The notes: generated by a model from the letters alone, not told the origin. DNA of 49,846 nt from an uncultured Nitrospiraceae bacterium (GCA_964646375.1 CAZYEF010000002.1:1-49846); one strand, 5' to 3'; shown: positions 1 to 9,311, counted from the first letter of the stretch. Numbers and translations are program-made.

Positions 1-149
1 CTCTCCGATATTTCCTCGTCATTATCCGGGGTGTTTTTTTGAAAGGGGTGGGCCTAGATATTCTTTGGCCCCAGATGTTGATTTTACTCCTCATCGGATG
101 CGTTGTTATGGTTCTGAGCGCACTCCGTTTTAGAAAACGCATGAACTGA
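1..149 (+). CDS. 3' end of an ABC-2-type transporter permease gene (partial; start lies outside the window)
   Basis: Frame 3 reads LRYFLVIIRGVFLKGVGLDILWPQMLILLLIGCVVMVLSALRFRKRMN* with TGA at 147-149. The RGxFLKG...LW motif plus a terminal hydrophobic helix is typical of ABC-2 permease C-termini. It is absent from the ORF track because no start codon is in the window. Confidence 0.5.
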   Translation, partial: LRYFLVIIRGVFLKGVGLDILWPQMLILLLIGCVVMVLSALRFRKRMN

Positions 150-259
150 CGGCAATACCTGCCTCCGTCCGCACCCCTGTGCTATACTAAGTGCAATCAT
201 TATTTTTAAAATGCTTGTTTCTACGGTTTATTTGACGTCCAGGGCAGAGGAGGAGTGTC

Positions 260-895
260 ATGATAATGATTTCGTATTATGTGAAATCTGCAATGCTGTT
301 CGGGCTGGCCTGTCTGATTTGGTTGATTCCGCAGGTCGTCAATGCCCATTGTGATACGATGGATGGTCCGGTTATAGCGACAGCGAAGGCTGCATTGGAG
401 AAAGGCGATATTACGCCGATATTGAAATGGGTCAAAAAAGATGACGAAAAGGAAATTCAGGCTCTTTTCCAGAAAACGTTGATTGTAAGAAGCAAAGGAA
501 AGGATGCAAAGGAGTTGGCGGACAGATATTTCTTTGAGACCCTTGTTCGTGTTCACCGGGCAGGGGAGGGGGCTCCCTATACCGGACTGAAGCATGAACC
601 TGCCGAACCGATCATCCAGGCGGCGGATAAAGCCTTGGAGTCCGGATCTGTCGACCATCTCGTGGAACATGTAACAAACAGCATTGCTGAGGGCATCCGG
701 GAGCGTTTCAGAATAACCGCTGAAAAGAAGAAACATGCCAATGAAAACGTAGAAGCAGGAAGAGAATTTGTCGCAGCGTATGTAGAGTTTACTCATTATC
801 TGGAACGGCTGCAGATGAACGCGTTGTCTCCTGCTCCGCACCATGAACAAAGCCGGAGTGGAAACGTGCCCGATCATCAAAAACATTCTCATTAA
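260..895 (+). CDS. Secreted uncharacterised protein. The predicted mature N-terminus is HCDTMDGPV and the C-terminal tail is His-rich (I believe this is the DUF6448-type family).
   Basis: ATG at 260 is preceded by GGAGGAG. The N-terminus looks like a signal peptide (LACLIWLIPQVVNA / HCD). The tail reads PAPHHEQSRSGNVPDHQKHSH. The family name is from memory and was not searched. Confidence 0.75.
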   Translation: MIMISYYVKSAMLFGLACLIWLIPQVVNAHCDTMDGPVIATAKAALEKGDITPILKWVKKDDEKEIQALFQKTLIVRSKGKDAKELADRYFFETLVRVHRAGEGAPYTGLKHEPAEPIIQAADKALESGSVDHLVEHVTNSIAEGIRERFRITAEKKKHANENVEAGREFVAAYVEFTHYLERLQMNALSPAPHHEQSRSGNVPDHQKHSH

Positions 896-1036
896 CACCA
901 GACGGCCACATTTGCAGTGCATTACGCAGCGACTGCACATAGTTGAGGAATGACGTATTGGTTTCCGGGATGCCAACTTCTTGAAATACGGATTACATCT
1001 TGTGCAGAGATATCAATAAAAGAAAGGAGTCTATAC

Positions 1037-1195
1037 ATGGATAAATGGAAATGTACCATTTGCGACTGGATTTATGACCCTGCCACGGGTGACCCCGAGA
1101 ACGGAATTGCACCGGGCACGCCCTTCGAAAAGATTCCCGATTCCTGGGTTTGTCCGATTTGTGGCGCCGGTAAAGATGCTTTTATAAAGCTATGA
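1037..1195 (+). CDS. Rubredoxin
   Basis: [15 protein letters not shown]...[13 protein letters not shown] carries the two CxxC(G) knuckles of rubredoxin. The internal ATG at 1037 follows AAGGAG, so the upstream 29 codons of the 950..1195 ORF are probably not translated. Confidence 0.92.
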   Translation: MDKWKCTICDWIYDPATGDPENGIAPGTPFEKIPDSWVCPICGAGKDAFIKL

Positions 1196-1229
1196 CACTG
1201 TTAAAACTACTTTCAACGGGAGGCGGCCT

Positions 1230-1418
1230 ATGAAAATTCCAATCGTGGACCAGGAGGCCTGCATCGGCTGTGGAGCCTGCATTGACGCATGTCCTGAAGT
1301 TTTTGAACTCAGAGACGATCAGAAGGCATATGTGATAAATCCCGAAAAATGTAGTACCGGTAACTGTCAGGAGGCTATTGATATCTGTCCAGTTACGGCA
1401 ATACGCTGGAGTGAATAA
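1230..1418 (+). CDS. Small single-cluster ferredoxin (4Fe-4S/3Fe-4S type)
   Basis: The 62-aa product has CIGCGACIDACP ... C...CP cluster ligands and follows GGGAGG. Confidence 0.88.
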   Translation: MKIPIVDQEACIGCGACIDACPEVFELRDDQKAYVINPEKCSTGNCQEAIDICPVTAIRWSE

Positions 1419-1628
1419 ATGGCTTATTGATGATGCACCAGCGGTTCCTCCATGCAGGAATCATACTGAAGAAGCAATCCCGGGAATGGCGACAGATTGC
1501 CGGCTCATTGAAAACAGATTATGAAACGAATGCAATTCTTCGTGGTTTTTCCCCGGCCGCCATACAAGTACGATATAATATAAGCATCAGTTAATTGTAT
1601 GCGTGCAACAATTCCGCAGCGGGGGGTG

Positions 1629-2780
1629 ATGAAAATGCCTGTGAATGAGATAGTCAGCCTGACTCCTCATGAACAGGAGACAGTTGTTGCTGTCGCACAA
1701 GCATTGGAGCCGTTCGAAAAGGAGATTGCACTCGCTTGGCACCAGTTTTATGTATCGTCCAAAACCCTTCATCAATCCCGGGAAAGATCAGAACGAAATT
1801 TTCAACACGCTGTATGGCTCCTTCTTACGTCCTTGCGGGATGGCAATTTTACCGGTTATTTCAGGCGAGTCCAGAAAACAGGCGCAGCCTTCGCGAAGGC
1901 GAGGGAGCGTTATGACAACCTTTTGGTTTTCTTTCATTTTTTCGAAGAATCAATTGCGCCCTACCTGAAAAAGTGTTTTCCCAGGAAAAATGATCATGTT
2001 CGCTGTACCCTCGAGCATCTTTATCATGGTATAATCGGCCTCATGTCGCGCACCTATTTCAAGACACTCGAAAAGAATCATGAACGGTTTCTGAGTGCTC
2101 TTATTCACGACCTGCGAAATCCTCTTATTGGAGTGACCGGATTTGCCCAACTCATGGTGGAAAAACCCTTGCCGGAGCAGAAAAAAATAAAATTCCTGAA
2201 GATTATCAAGCAGAGCGGTGAAAAAGTTTCCGGCATCATTGATCATGCCCTTACCTACGGCAGTTTAAAAAATCGTAAAATTTTTCTGAAATTGAGCGAC
2301 GCAGATGTTGTAGAAGTATGCAAGGAAGCGGCCACGGTGTTGCTGCCGGAAATCGAGCAGAAATGCTTTACCTTCACCATTAACCGGAAAAAACCGGAAA
2401 GCTGGGGGTATCTTCCTTCCGTCAGAACCGTGGCGGACCGGGAACTGCTGTTCAGGGCTGTAGGTAACTATTTTTCCAACGCTGTCAAACATGCAAAAAA
2501 AAAGATATCGGTTCTGGTAAGGGAACGAAAGGAAAATGTGGTTATTACGGTCAGGGATGATGGCCGCGGCATCCCCAAGGACAAAGTTGCCTGTATTTTT
2601 GATGAATATTATGTCATTCCAGGAGACAACAAAGGGATTGGAATCGGTCTCGCCAATGTCAAAATGATCGCTGAAATACGTAAAGGCAAAGTTTGGGTGG
2701 AATCTGACTATGGGAAGGGGTGCGCATTTCATCTCATGCTTCCCAAAAAGCAGGATGGCATGCCCGTCGCTCACGCCTGA
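1629..2780 (+). CDS. Cytoplasmic sensor histidine kinase (HisKA + HATPase_c)
   Basis: H-box is LSALIHDLRNPLIGVTGFAQL. N-box is NYFSNAVKHA. G-boxes are DDGRGIP and GIGIGLANV. No TM segment is visible. The start is ambiguous: 1599, or 1629 after a G-rich SD. Confidence 0.85.
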   Translation: MKMPVNEIVSLTPHEQETVVAVAQALEPFEKEIALAWHQFYVSSKTLHQSRERSERNFQHAVWLLLTSLRDGNFTGYFRRVQKTGAAFAKARERYDNLLVFFHFFEESIAPYLKKCFPRKNDHVRCTLEHLYHGIIGLMSRTYFKTLEKNHERFLSALIHDLRNPLIGVTGFAQLMVEKPLPEQKKIKFLKIIKQSGEKVSGIIDHALTYGSLKNRKIFLKLSDADVVEVCKEAATVLLPEIEQKCFTFTINRKKPESWGYLPSVRTVADRELLFRAVGNYFSNAVKHAKKKISVLVRERKENVVITVRDDGRGIPKDKVACIFDEYYVIPGDNKGIGIGLANVKMIAEIRKGKVWVESDYGKGCAFHLMLPKKQDGMPVAHA

Positions 2781-2966
2781 GCTGGAAAAAACTTTTTTTA
2801 AAATGCTGCAAAATGGGCAATGGCTAAAGCGTAAGGACTTCAGAACAGACGCAACGTACAGGTTGGTAAGACGGGTTTTCACGGCAGCGTATGCCGTCCT
2901 GTGTATTTCCCGGCCCGGATATTCGTACTGCAATACTCTTGATACTTTGATGGAGGCCGCATAATA

Positions 2967-3770
2967 ATGGAGAACGTCAGCACGATAAAAATAGGCACCT
3001 GGGAGGGTTTTTTGCAGCTTTCGCTGCTTACGGAAGACACATGGATTTACCGGGGGCAATCGGAAGATTGGCCGCTCAAAACGAGCCTGGAACGTGCCTG
3101 TGAACGGTCAAATATCAAACTGCATGATGCTCCGTCCCTGGAACAGTCATTGATAACAAATTTTCGCCGCCGGTATGACGGTAATGATCAGCAGTTTGTG
3201 CTCTCGGACACCCTGTATTGCCTGGCCCTGATGCAGCATCACGGAGCGCCGACGCGCCTGCTGGACTGGACATATTCCCCGTATGTGGCGCTCTATTTCG
3301 CCCTGGAGTTTTCCTACGGATCGAGCGTGGTCTGGTGTGTCAACCAGATGTGGTGGAGCAAAAAAGCGCGTCTGATCATGGGTGATCGACGCTATGAACA
3401 GCGAAATAAATACGAAACAAGAAATGACGCATCTTTTATTCCCCTCTACATGAATGAGAAACCATATAAAATGGTGGGTCTGGAAAACCCATTTTTTTTC
3501 AATCAGCGGCTGAATATCCAGCAGGGCGTCTTTCTTTGCTCCGGGAATGTTGCGGTGTCATTTGAAGAAAATCTGAAAGCACTGGAGGAGTGGCAGAACG
3601 CCAATGCCGTCATCAAAATACAGTGCGAAATGAGTATCGAGGACAGGCTGCGCGCGCTGAAGGAACTGCATAAAATGAATATTCACCGGGAAAGTTTGTT
3701 TCCCGGACTTGACGGGTTTGCACAGGCCCTTTCCCACCGGTTATGGTTATATCAAAAGATTCACGGGTGA
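2967..3770 (+). CDS. FRG-domain protein
   Basis: WIYRGQS..W.L.TSLER, QHHGAPTRLLDWTYSPYVALYFA and NQRLNIQQGVFL are the signature blocks I associate with the FRG domain. GGAGG lies 10 nt upstream of the ATG. Confidence 0.75.
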   Translation: MENVSTIKIGTWEGFLQLSLLTEDTWIYRGQSEDWPLKTSLERACERSNIKLHDAPSLEQSLITNFRRRYDGNDQQFVLSDTLYCLALMQHHGAPTRLLDWTYSPYVALYFALEFSYGSSVVWCVNQMWWSKKARLIMGDRRYEQRNKYETRNDASFIPLYMNEKPYKMVGLENPFFFNQRLNIQQGVFLCSGNVAVSFEENLKALEEWQNANAVIKIQCEMSIEDRLRALKELHKMNIHRESLFPGLDGFAQALSHRLWLYQKIHG

Positions 3771-3833
3771 TGGCAGCGCGAGAACCAGATTATTTTTGAG
3801 TACACGGAACCGGAAACCGGCGAGTGTATTTTC

Positions 3834-3862
3834 TTGAAACTTTTTGCCAAGTATACTACTAT
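3834..3862 (+). promoter_or_regulatory. Sigma70-like promoter upstream of the REC-like/PilZ gene
   Basis: TTGAAA (3834-3839), a 17-nt spacer, then TACTAT (3857-3862). It lies about 50 nt upstream of the ATG at 3915. Confidence 0.35.
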
Positions 3863-3914
3863 GAGAGGGTGTACGGGCGCAGTACCGGTATGATTCTGAT
3901 GGAAGGAGCAAACG

Positions 3915-4652
3915 ATGCAGGAGAACAATGAACCTGGCAAGAACAAAAAATATGTTCTGATCATTGACTCGAATGTTGTTGACCGTTTTTCCACATGCCT
4001 GCTGCTCCAGCGATTTGGCTATTATGTTGTTACAGCCAATACCGAAGAAGAGGCCGTAACATTCATGACAATGCTCAAACCTTCTTTTGTTGTTGCCGCC
4101 GCCGGGCCTGTCGACATGCCCATGCTCCTCAATATGCAGAAAAGCCACCTTTTTTCGGAAGTCCCTTTCATCGTGCTGACATCCGCCGATAGGATTCTGG
4201 AGGATTTTCTTGCTGCGGGCGGGACAGCAGCCTCCCGTCTCAGAAAACCTGTTAATGTTGAGGAATTGTATCGGACTCTTCAATCGGTTGTTGAAAGGGG
4301 ACAGCGCCGCAATATCAGAATCCCAACCCAAATCACCGCGACACTTGAAGACAAGCCCAGGGAAGGAAGGGGTTTCGTCAGTGACCTTTCCGAGGAAGGC
4401 ATTTTTTTCCAAAGCCTTGAGCCACGGCCGATGCATGCGCGCATTCCGATAAGTTTTGAACTCATGGGCAGAACCATTCTGCTTGAAGCGATCGTTCTCT
4501 ATTGCACTGCGGGTGAGGACGGATCGTTTAAAAAAACGGGGATGGGGCTGAAATTTGAGAAAATCAGTCCGGTAGACAGAAACCTGATAAAAACCTATAT
4601 TCTGGATCATGTCAAGGAAGGCATGTCGCGGCAGCGGCATTATCATTGCTGA
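3915..4652 (+). CDS. Receiver-like domain fused to a PilZ (c-di-GMP binding) domain
   Basis: The N-terminal half has a CheY-like fold pattern (VLIIDSN..., IVLTSA, RKP). The C-terminal half has the PilZ motifs RRNIR and DLSEEG. Confidence 0.8.
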   Translation: MQENNEPGKNKKYVLIIDSNVVDRFSTCLLLQRFGYYVVTANTEEEAVTFMTMLKPSFVVAAAGPVDMPMLLNMQKSHLFSEVPFIVLTSADRILEDFLAAGGTAASRLRKPVNVEELYRTLQSVVERGQRRNIRIPTQITATLEDKPREGRGFVSDLSEEGIFFQSLEPRPMHARIPISFELMGRTILLEAIVLYCTAGEDGSFKKTGMGLKFEKISPVDRNLIKTYILDHVKEGMSRQRHYHC

Positions 4653-4725
4653 GTTGCAATCGCGCGATAGAATAACCTCTATTGTATATTTCCATATCGC
4701 CGCCCATCGTATAATTAATTAGCCT

Positions 4726-6537
4726 ATGGTGCAATCAATACGGGTACTTCCCGATCATGTCATCAATAAAATTGCGGCTGGAGAAGTGGTGGAGCGTCCG
4801 GCATCGGTTGTCAAGGAACTTATTGAAAATTCCATTGATGCCGGTGCGACCGGCATTTTTATTGACATTGAGCAGGCCGGTAGGAGGCTTATCCGCATTG
4901 CAGACAATGGATTCGGCATGGGAAAGGAAGATGCACGGACTGCATTTGAACGGCATGCGACGAGTAAAATAGCAAGCGACTCGGATCTGGAAGCCGTCCA
5001 AACCATGGGGTTTCGCGGCGAGGCGCTGTCAAGCATTGCCTCGGTATCACATGTAAGGCTTATTACTGCTGAACGAGGGGCTTCCTCCGGAGTAGTGATC
5101 GAAATTGAAGGCGGTTTGGTAAAAACAATCTCCGATACCGCAGCGTCCCAAGGCGCTACGTTCGAAATTAGCCATCTTTTTTTCAACACGCCTGCGAGGC
5201 TTAAATTCTTAAAGTCCCCGGCAACCGAGTTTTCGCACATTCTCTCCGTCGTATCGCGGCAGGCCATGGCCTCTCCCGCCATTCATTTCAGGCTTACCCA
5301 CAATAAAAAGCTGGTTTTTGATCTTCCCGCCTCCCCGGATGAACGGGAACGGCTGCTTCAGCTGTATGGCCGTGAACTGGCCGATAACCTTATCGCTTTT
5401 TCACAGGAGCGGGACGGTATACATCTGCACGGCCATATTGGTCGTCCCGCATACACCCGCGCAGACCGAACATACCAGGATTTCTATGTTAATCGCCGCG
5501 CAATAAAGAACCCTTCGCTGAACCACGCTCTGTACAGCGCATACGATCAAATGCTTATGCGGGACCGCCACCCCGTTGGCTTTATTTTCATCGAAATCAA
5601 TCCCGCATTGGTGGATGTCAATGTCCATCCAGCCAAGGCGGAGGTGCGCTTCAGAAATCAGGCGCAGATTCATGATTTGCTCCGGGATGTGATCAGAGAA
5701 CGACTGCGCGCACATGAGATGACCAGCAGCGAAGTTTTCTCAACGACAGCGGCCTTTGAAGACCGGGTGAAGGAGTCCTGTGCGGAGTACCTTAAGAATC
5801 CGGCTTATTCCTGTACCACCGGACACGGCCAAAAAGAACCCATCTCGTTAGACCAGCGAAGAGATGAAAAAAATATTTGCAGTGATGACCGAGAATCCGG
5901 ACTGTCTGAAGAAGAAACAGGCATCCTCCGGTCGTCTGCGCAAACGCCTTCTTTCTTTGGGCAGGGCATGCATCCGCTCGCGCAGATACATGACTCCTAT
6001 ATCGTCGCCCAGTATCAGGACGGTATGGCCATTGTTGATCAGCATGCCGCACATGAACGGGTGCTGTTTGAAAAGCTTCAGGATCTGTTTTCCCGCGGAG
6101 CCATCCCCGTCCAGAACCTTCTTATCCCTGCCCAGGTGGAACTGGGGCCGGCCCAGGGGCATCTGCTTGCTGAATTTTTGCCGGAATTGAACAAATTTGG
6201 CTTTCTTATCGAGGAATTCGGCAATAATACATTCGTAATAAAGGCAGTGCCGTCCTTTGCGGCAGGGTCGGACTATGCGCAAATGCTGCTCGATATACTT
6301 GATGAACTGAATGTACATGATAAAAACGCCAGGCTGGACAGGTTGTATGATGAAGTTTTAAGCGTCATGGCCTGTCATCCTGCCATCAAGGTTCACCGTC
6401 GGCTTGAACGACAAGAGATGGAGACGCTGCTGAATGACCTTCAGCAATGCCGTATGCCGCATACCTGTCCTCATGGCAGACCGACAATTGTCCGTTTCAC
6501 CATGGAATCAATCAAAAAAATGTTCAAACGGTTGTGA
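4726..6537 (+). CDS. mutL: DNA mismatch repair endonuclease MutL
   Basis: The N-terminal GHKL block is IAAGEVVERPASVVKELIENSIDAG...DNGFGM. The C-terminal dimerisation/endonuclease region contains DQHAAHERVLFE and CPHGRP. Confidence 0.95.
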   Translation: MVQSIRVLPDHVINKIAAGEVVERPASVVKELIENSIDAGATGIFIDIEQAGRRLIRIADNGFGMGKEDARTAFERHATSKIASDSDLEAVQTMGFRGEALSSIASVSHVRLITAERGASSGVVIEIEGGLVKTISDTAASQGATFEISHLFFNTPARLKFLKSPATEFSHILSVVSRQAMASPAIHFRLTHNKKLVFDLPASPDERERLLQLYGRELADNLIAFSQERDGIHLHGHIGRPAYTRADRTYQDFYVNRRAIKNPSLNHALYSAYDQMLMRDRHPVGFIFIEINPALVDVNVHPAKAEVRFRNQAQIHDLLRDVIRERLRAHEMTSSEVFSTTAAFEDRVKESCAEYLKNPAYSCTTGHGQKEPISLDQRRDEKNICSDDRESGLSEEETGILRSSAQTPSFFGQGMHPLAQIHDSYIVAQYQDGMAIVDQHAAHERVLFEKLQDLFSRGAIPVQNLLIPAQVELGPAQGHLLAEFLPELNKFGFLIEEFGNNTFVIKAVPSFAAGSDYAQMLLDILDELNVHDKNARLDRLYDEVLSVMACHPAIKVHRRLERQEMETLLNDLQQCRMPHTCPHGRPTIVRFTMESIKKMFKRL

Positions 6538-6569
6538 TTTGCTGAAAAAGCCTATACAGATCTCGTACT

Positions 6570-6959
6570 ATGACAATCCGACCACGTTTTGTCTTTTTGG
6601 CACTTTGGTGCGGTATCATCAGTACCGCCTGTGCGTCTGCCATGGCCCCTGCGCTGCTTCTGGACAAAATGCGGGAAGGCGCAGCACCATTGATTGTTGA
6701 TGTCCGTTCGCAGGGGGAGTATGATCAGGATCATCTGCCCGGAGCCGTCCATATTCCTTTTTTCAGAATTGGCTCCGGTTTGCATGCAAGAGGATATTTA
6801 AAAAAGGAACCATTGATCCTGTATTGTGAGCATGGTCCCAGGGCGGGAATCGCCGTTTTTTCACTGTATCTTTCAGGCTATGAACAGGTGTATGTGCTCG
6901 AGGGACATATGAAAGCCTGGAGGGAAAACAATTATCCTGTTGAAATTATACATCCTTGA
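6570..6959 (+). CDS. Exported single-domain rhodanese (sulfurtransferase-like)
   Basis: It has an N-terminal signal-like segment, VDVRSQGEYDQDHLPGAVHIP, and the active-site loop YCEHGPRAG. Confidence 0.85.
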   Translation: MTIRPRFVFLALWCGIISTACASAMAPALLLDKMREGAAPLIVDVRSQGEYDQDHLPGAVHIPFFRIGSGLHARGYLKKEPLILYCEHGPRAGIAVFSLYLSGYEQVYVLEGHMKAWRENNYPVEIIHP

Positions 6960-7909
6960 TTATGCTGGACAAACAATCCATTTTGATCATTGCCGGACCA
7001 ACCGCGGTGGGAAAGACGGATGCATCCATTTCTCTTGCACAGGAACTCCGCACTGAGATCGTAAGCGCCGACTCGATGCAGATATATCGCGGAATGGATA
7101 TTGGCACCGCTAAACCCACGAAAAAACAGCGGGAACTGGTTCCCCATCACATGGTTGACATCGTGGACCCGGACCAGGCATACAGCGTTGGTGATTATCT
7201 CAGGGACGCTCGCGCAGCCATTGATCGTATTCTGCTTTCCGGCAGGACTCCTCTTGTGGTGGGGGGGACAGGATTATACATACGGGCGCTTACCCGTGGG
7301 TTGTTTTCCGGTCCGCCTGCAGACAGGGAATTGCGGGCGCAATTGCTCCAGCGTGAGAAGGAAAACAGCCCGGGTACGTTGCATGCTGAGCTGAAAAGGC
7401 AGGATCCTGACGCTGCGGCAAAGATTCATCCGAACGATCTCAGACGCACGATGCGGGCGCTGGAGGTTTATTACCTGAAAGATAGAAGACTTTCTGAATT
7501 TCAGCGGGAGCATGCGTTCAATGAGATGCCGTATCGTTTTACGTTGCTGTTTCTCACAAGGGATCGTGCGGAGCTTTATCCTCGGATAGAAAGACGAGTG
7601 GACCGGATGATTGCGGACGGCTTGGAATCTGAGGTCAGGGGTCTGATGGACCTCGGATACGGACCGGACCTCATTTCCATGAAAGGATTGGGGTATCAGC
7701 ATTTCATCGGGGTCTGCCTCGGGACACTATCGCGTGATGACGCCCGGGCCCTTCTGAAGCGTGATACCAAGCGTTTCGCCAAGCGTCAGTTCACCTGGTT
7801 CCGGCGTGAACTTCAGACAGTATGGATAGACGTCACCGGCCTTGCACAAACGGAAGAAATCGTCTCAAGAATAAAGAAAAGCGTTGAAATTTCAAATAAG
7901 TTAGTATAA
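6956..7909 (+). CDS. miaA: tRNA dimethylallyltransferase MiaA
   Basis: P-loop IIAGPTAVGKT, then DSMQIYRGMDIGTAKPT, and a C-terminal KRQFTWFR. The true start may be the ATG at 6962. Confidence 0.95.
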   Translation: MIMLDKQSILIIAGPTAVGKTDASISLAQELRTEIVSADSMQIYRGMDIGTAKPTKKQRELVPHHMVDIVDPDQAYSVGDYLRDARAAIDRILLSGRTPLVVGGTGLYIRALTRGLFSGPPADRELRAQLLQREKENSPGTLHAELKRQDPDAAAKIHPNDLRRTMRALEVYYLKDRRLSEFQREHAFNEMPYRFTLLFLTRDRAELYPRIERRVDRMIADGLESEVRGLMDLGYGPDLISMKGLGYQHFIGVCLGTLSRDDARALLKRDTKRFAKRQFTWFRRELQTVWIDVTGLAQTEEIVSRIKKSVEISNKLV

Positions 7910-7990
7910 GATAAAAAAAATTTTTTACTGAAGCATGTGCAGCGGCAGCAGTCTCCGCACGCGCTTCAATCGCCTAAAGAGGGGGGATTG

Positions 7991-8260
7991 ATGGGAAAGT
8001 CGCAGGTAAATCTTCAGGACATTTTTCTCAATCAGATGCGCAAGGAAAAAATCTCTGTAACCGTGTATCTGGTGAACGGAGCACGCCTCACCGGAACGAT
8101 CAAGGGATTTGACAACTTTGTCATCCTGATGAAGCAGGAAAATCAGCAACTTGTTTACAAACATGCGATATCCACCATTATTCCTGATAAGCCTGTAGAA
8201 TTTCTGGAAGAAGGAGATGCCAGAAAATCGCCTGCTGATCAGGGGCCCGCGCAAGGGTGA
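7991..8260 (+). CDS. hfq: RNA chaperone Hfq
   Basis: [40 protein letters not shown]...VYKHAISTI are the Sm1/Sm2 motifs. ATG at 7991 follows a purine-rich SD. The mutL-miaA-hfq synteny supports the call. Confidence 0.95.
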   Translation: MGKSQVNLQDIFLNQMRKEKISVTVYLVNGARLTGTIKGFDNFVILMKQENQQLVYKHAISTIIPDKPVEFLEEGDARKSPADQGPAQG

Positions 8261-8335
8261 GTGCATCACAGAACAACAGAAAATGGTCCATTAGGTTCCA
8301 GGTAAAATATTCATTTTGTATGAGGGTTTTCGCGA

Positions 8336-9226
8336 ATGGCGCAGCGGAGTTCAGGATTTGAAAAAATAGAAATTGGCGTAATCGGCGGCAGTGGCCTGTA
8401 CGCAATGGAAGGGCTCACGAATATAAAGTCAGTGAGCATCTCGACCCCGTTCGGAAAGCCATCTGATAAATATATAATCGGCACGCTGTTCGGAAAACGA
8501 ATTGCGTTTCTTCCCCGGCATGGAAAAGGTCACCGCATAATGCCGACGGACATCAACTACCGGGCGAACATTTTTGGCATGAAGAAACTTGGTGTGCAAA
8601 GGATTATCTCGGTGAGCGCCGTGGGCAGCATGCGGGAAGAGATAAAGCCGGGGGACATCGTCATTCCCGATCAGTTCTATGATAACACGAAACATCGCCG
8701 AAGCACGTTTTTCGGAAACGGGATCGTTGCTCATGTAGGCATGGCCACTCCTGTGTGCACCGACCTGTGCGGCATTATCGCTCAGACCGGATCGACAACG
8801 GGTGCGGTTGTTCATCAGGGCGGCACCTATTTGTGCATGGAAGGACCGCAGTTCTCTAGCCGGGCGGAATCATTTGTTTACCGGAAATGGGACGTAGACG
8901 TCATCGGGATGACAAATGCCACTGAGGCAAAGCTTGCCCGCGAGGCAGAGATATGTTACTGCACCATCGCCCTTGCCACGGACTACGATTGCTGGCACCA
9001 GAGTGAAGAGTCCGTGACGGTGGAAGCCGTACTGGCGGTGATGAAAAAAAATATTGAAACATCCAAAGCCATGATCCGCGAAGCCGTGCGAATCATGCCG
9101 GAAACCAGAACCTGCATGTGTGGAGATTCCCTCAAAAACACTATCATGACCCCTGAAAAACTGGTTCCCGCAAAAACCAAAAAGGACCTTGCGCCAATTA
9201 TCAAAAAGTATATGAAAAAAAGCTGA
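8336..9226 (+). CDS. mtnP: S-methyl-5'-thioadenosine phosphorylase
   Basis: IGVIGGSGLY, TPFGKPSD, LPRHGKGH, VNYRANI, GSMREEIKPGDIVIPDQF and GMTNATEAKLAREAE closely follow the MTAP pattern. Confidence 0.9.
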   Translation: MAQRSSGFEKIEIGVIGGSGLYAMEGLTNIKSVSISTPFGKPSDKYIIGTLFGKRIAFLPRHGKGHRIMPTDINYRANIFGMKKLGVQRIISVSAVGSMREEIKPGDIVIPDQFYDNTKHRRSTFFGNGIVAHVGMATPVCTDLCGIIAQTGSTTGAVVHQGGTYLCMEGPQFSSRAESFVYRKWDVDVIGMTNATEAKLAREAEICYCTIALATDYDCWHQSEESVTVEAVLAVMKKNIETSKAMIREAVRIMPETRTCMCGDSLKNTIMTPEKLVPAKTKKDLAPIIKKYMKKS

Positions 9227-9311
9227 AGAATTTTCTCGGCGTACAGGAAAATATTTTCAGCAGTTTTTCCGTCATTCAGTTCACGCTACTGTTAAAAGAG
9301 AATGGAGGTTT

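Noticed and set aside
221-976. 251-aa minus-strand ORF covering the whole secreted HCD-motif gene
   Set aside because: It is antisense to an ORF that has a strong SD, a signal peptide and a recognisable conserved N-terminal motif. The minus-strand product has no motif and a Cys/Arg-rich composition typical of shadow ORFs.
2265-3059. 264-aa minus-strand ORF across the kinase 3' end and the FRG 5' end
   Set aside because: It overlaps two well-supported plus-strand genes, has no recognisable domain and no SD. It is a shadow ORF.
3747-4646. 299-aa minus-strand ORF antisense to the REC-like/PilZ gene
   Set aside because: The plus-strand frame carries clear PilZ and receiver motifs. The antisense product has none.
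7911-7926. A8T6 run (aaaaaaaatttttt) after miaA, considered as a terminator
   Set aside because: There is no GC-rich stem on either side. It is just an A/T tract, although it may contribute to the hfq promoter region.
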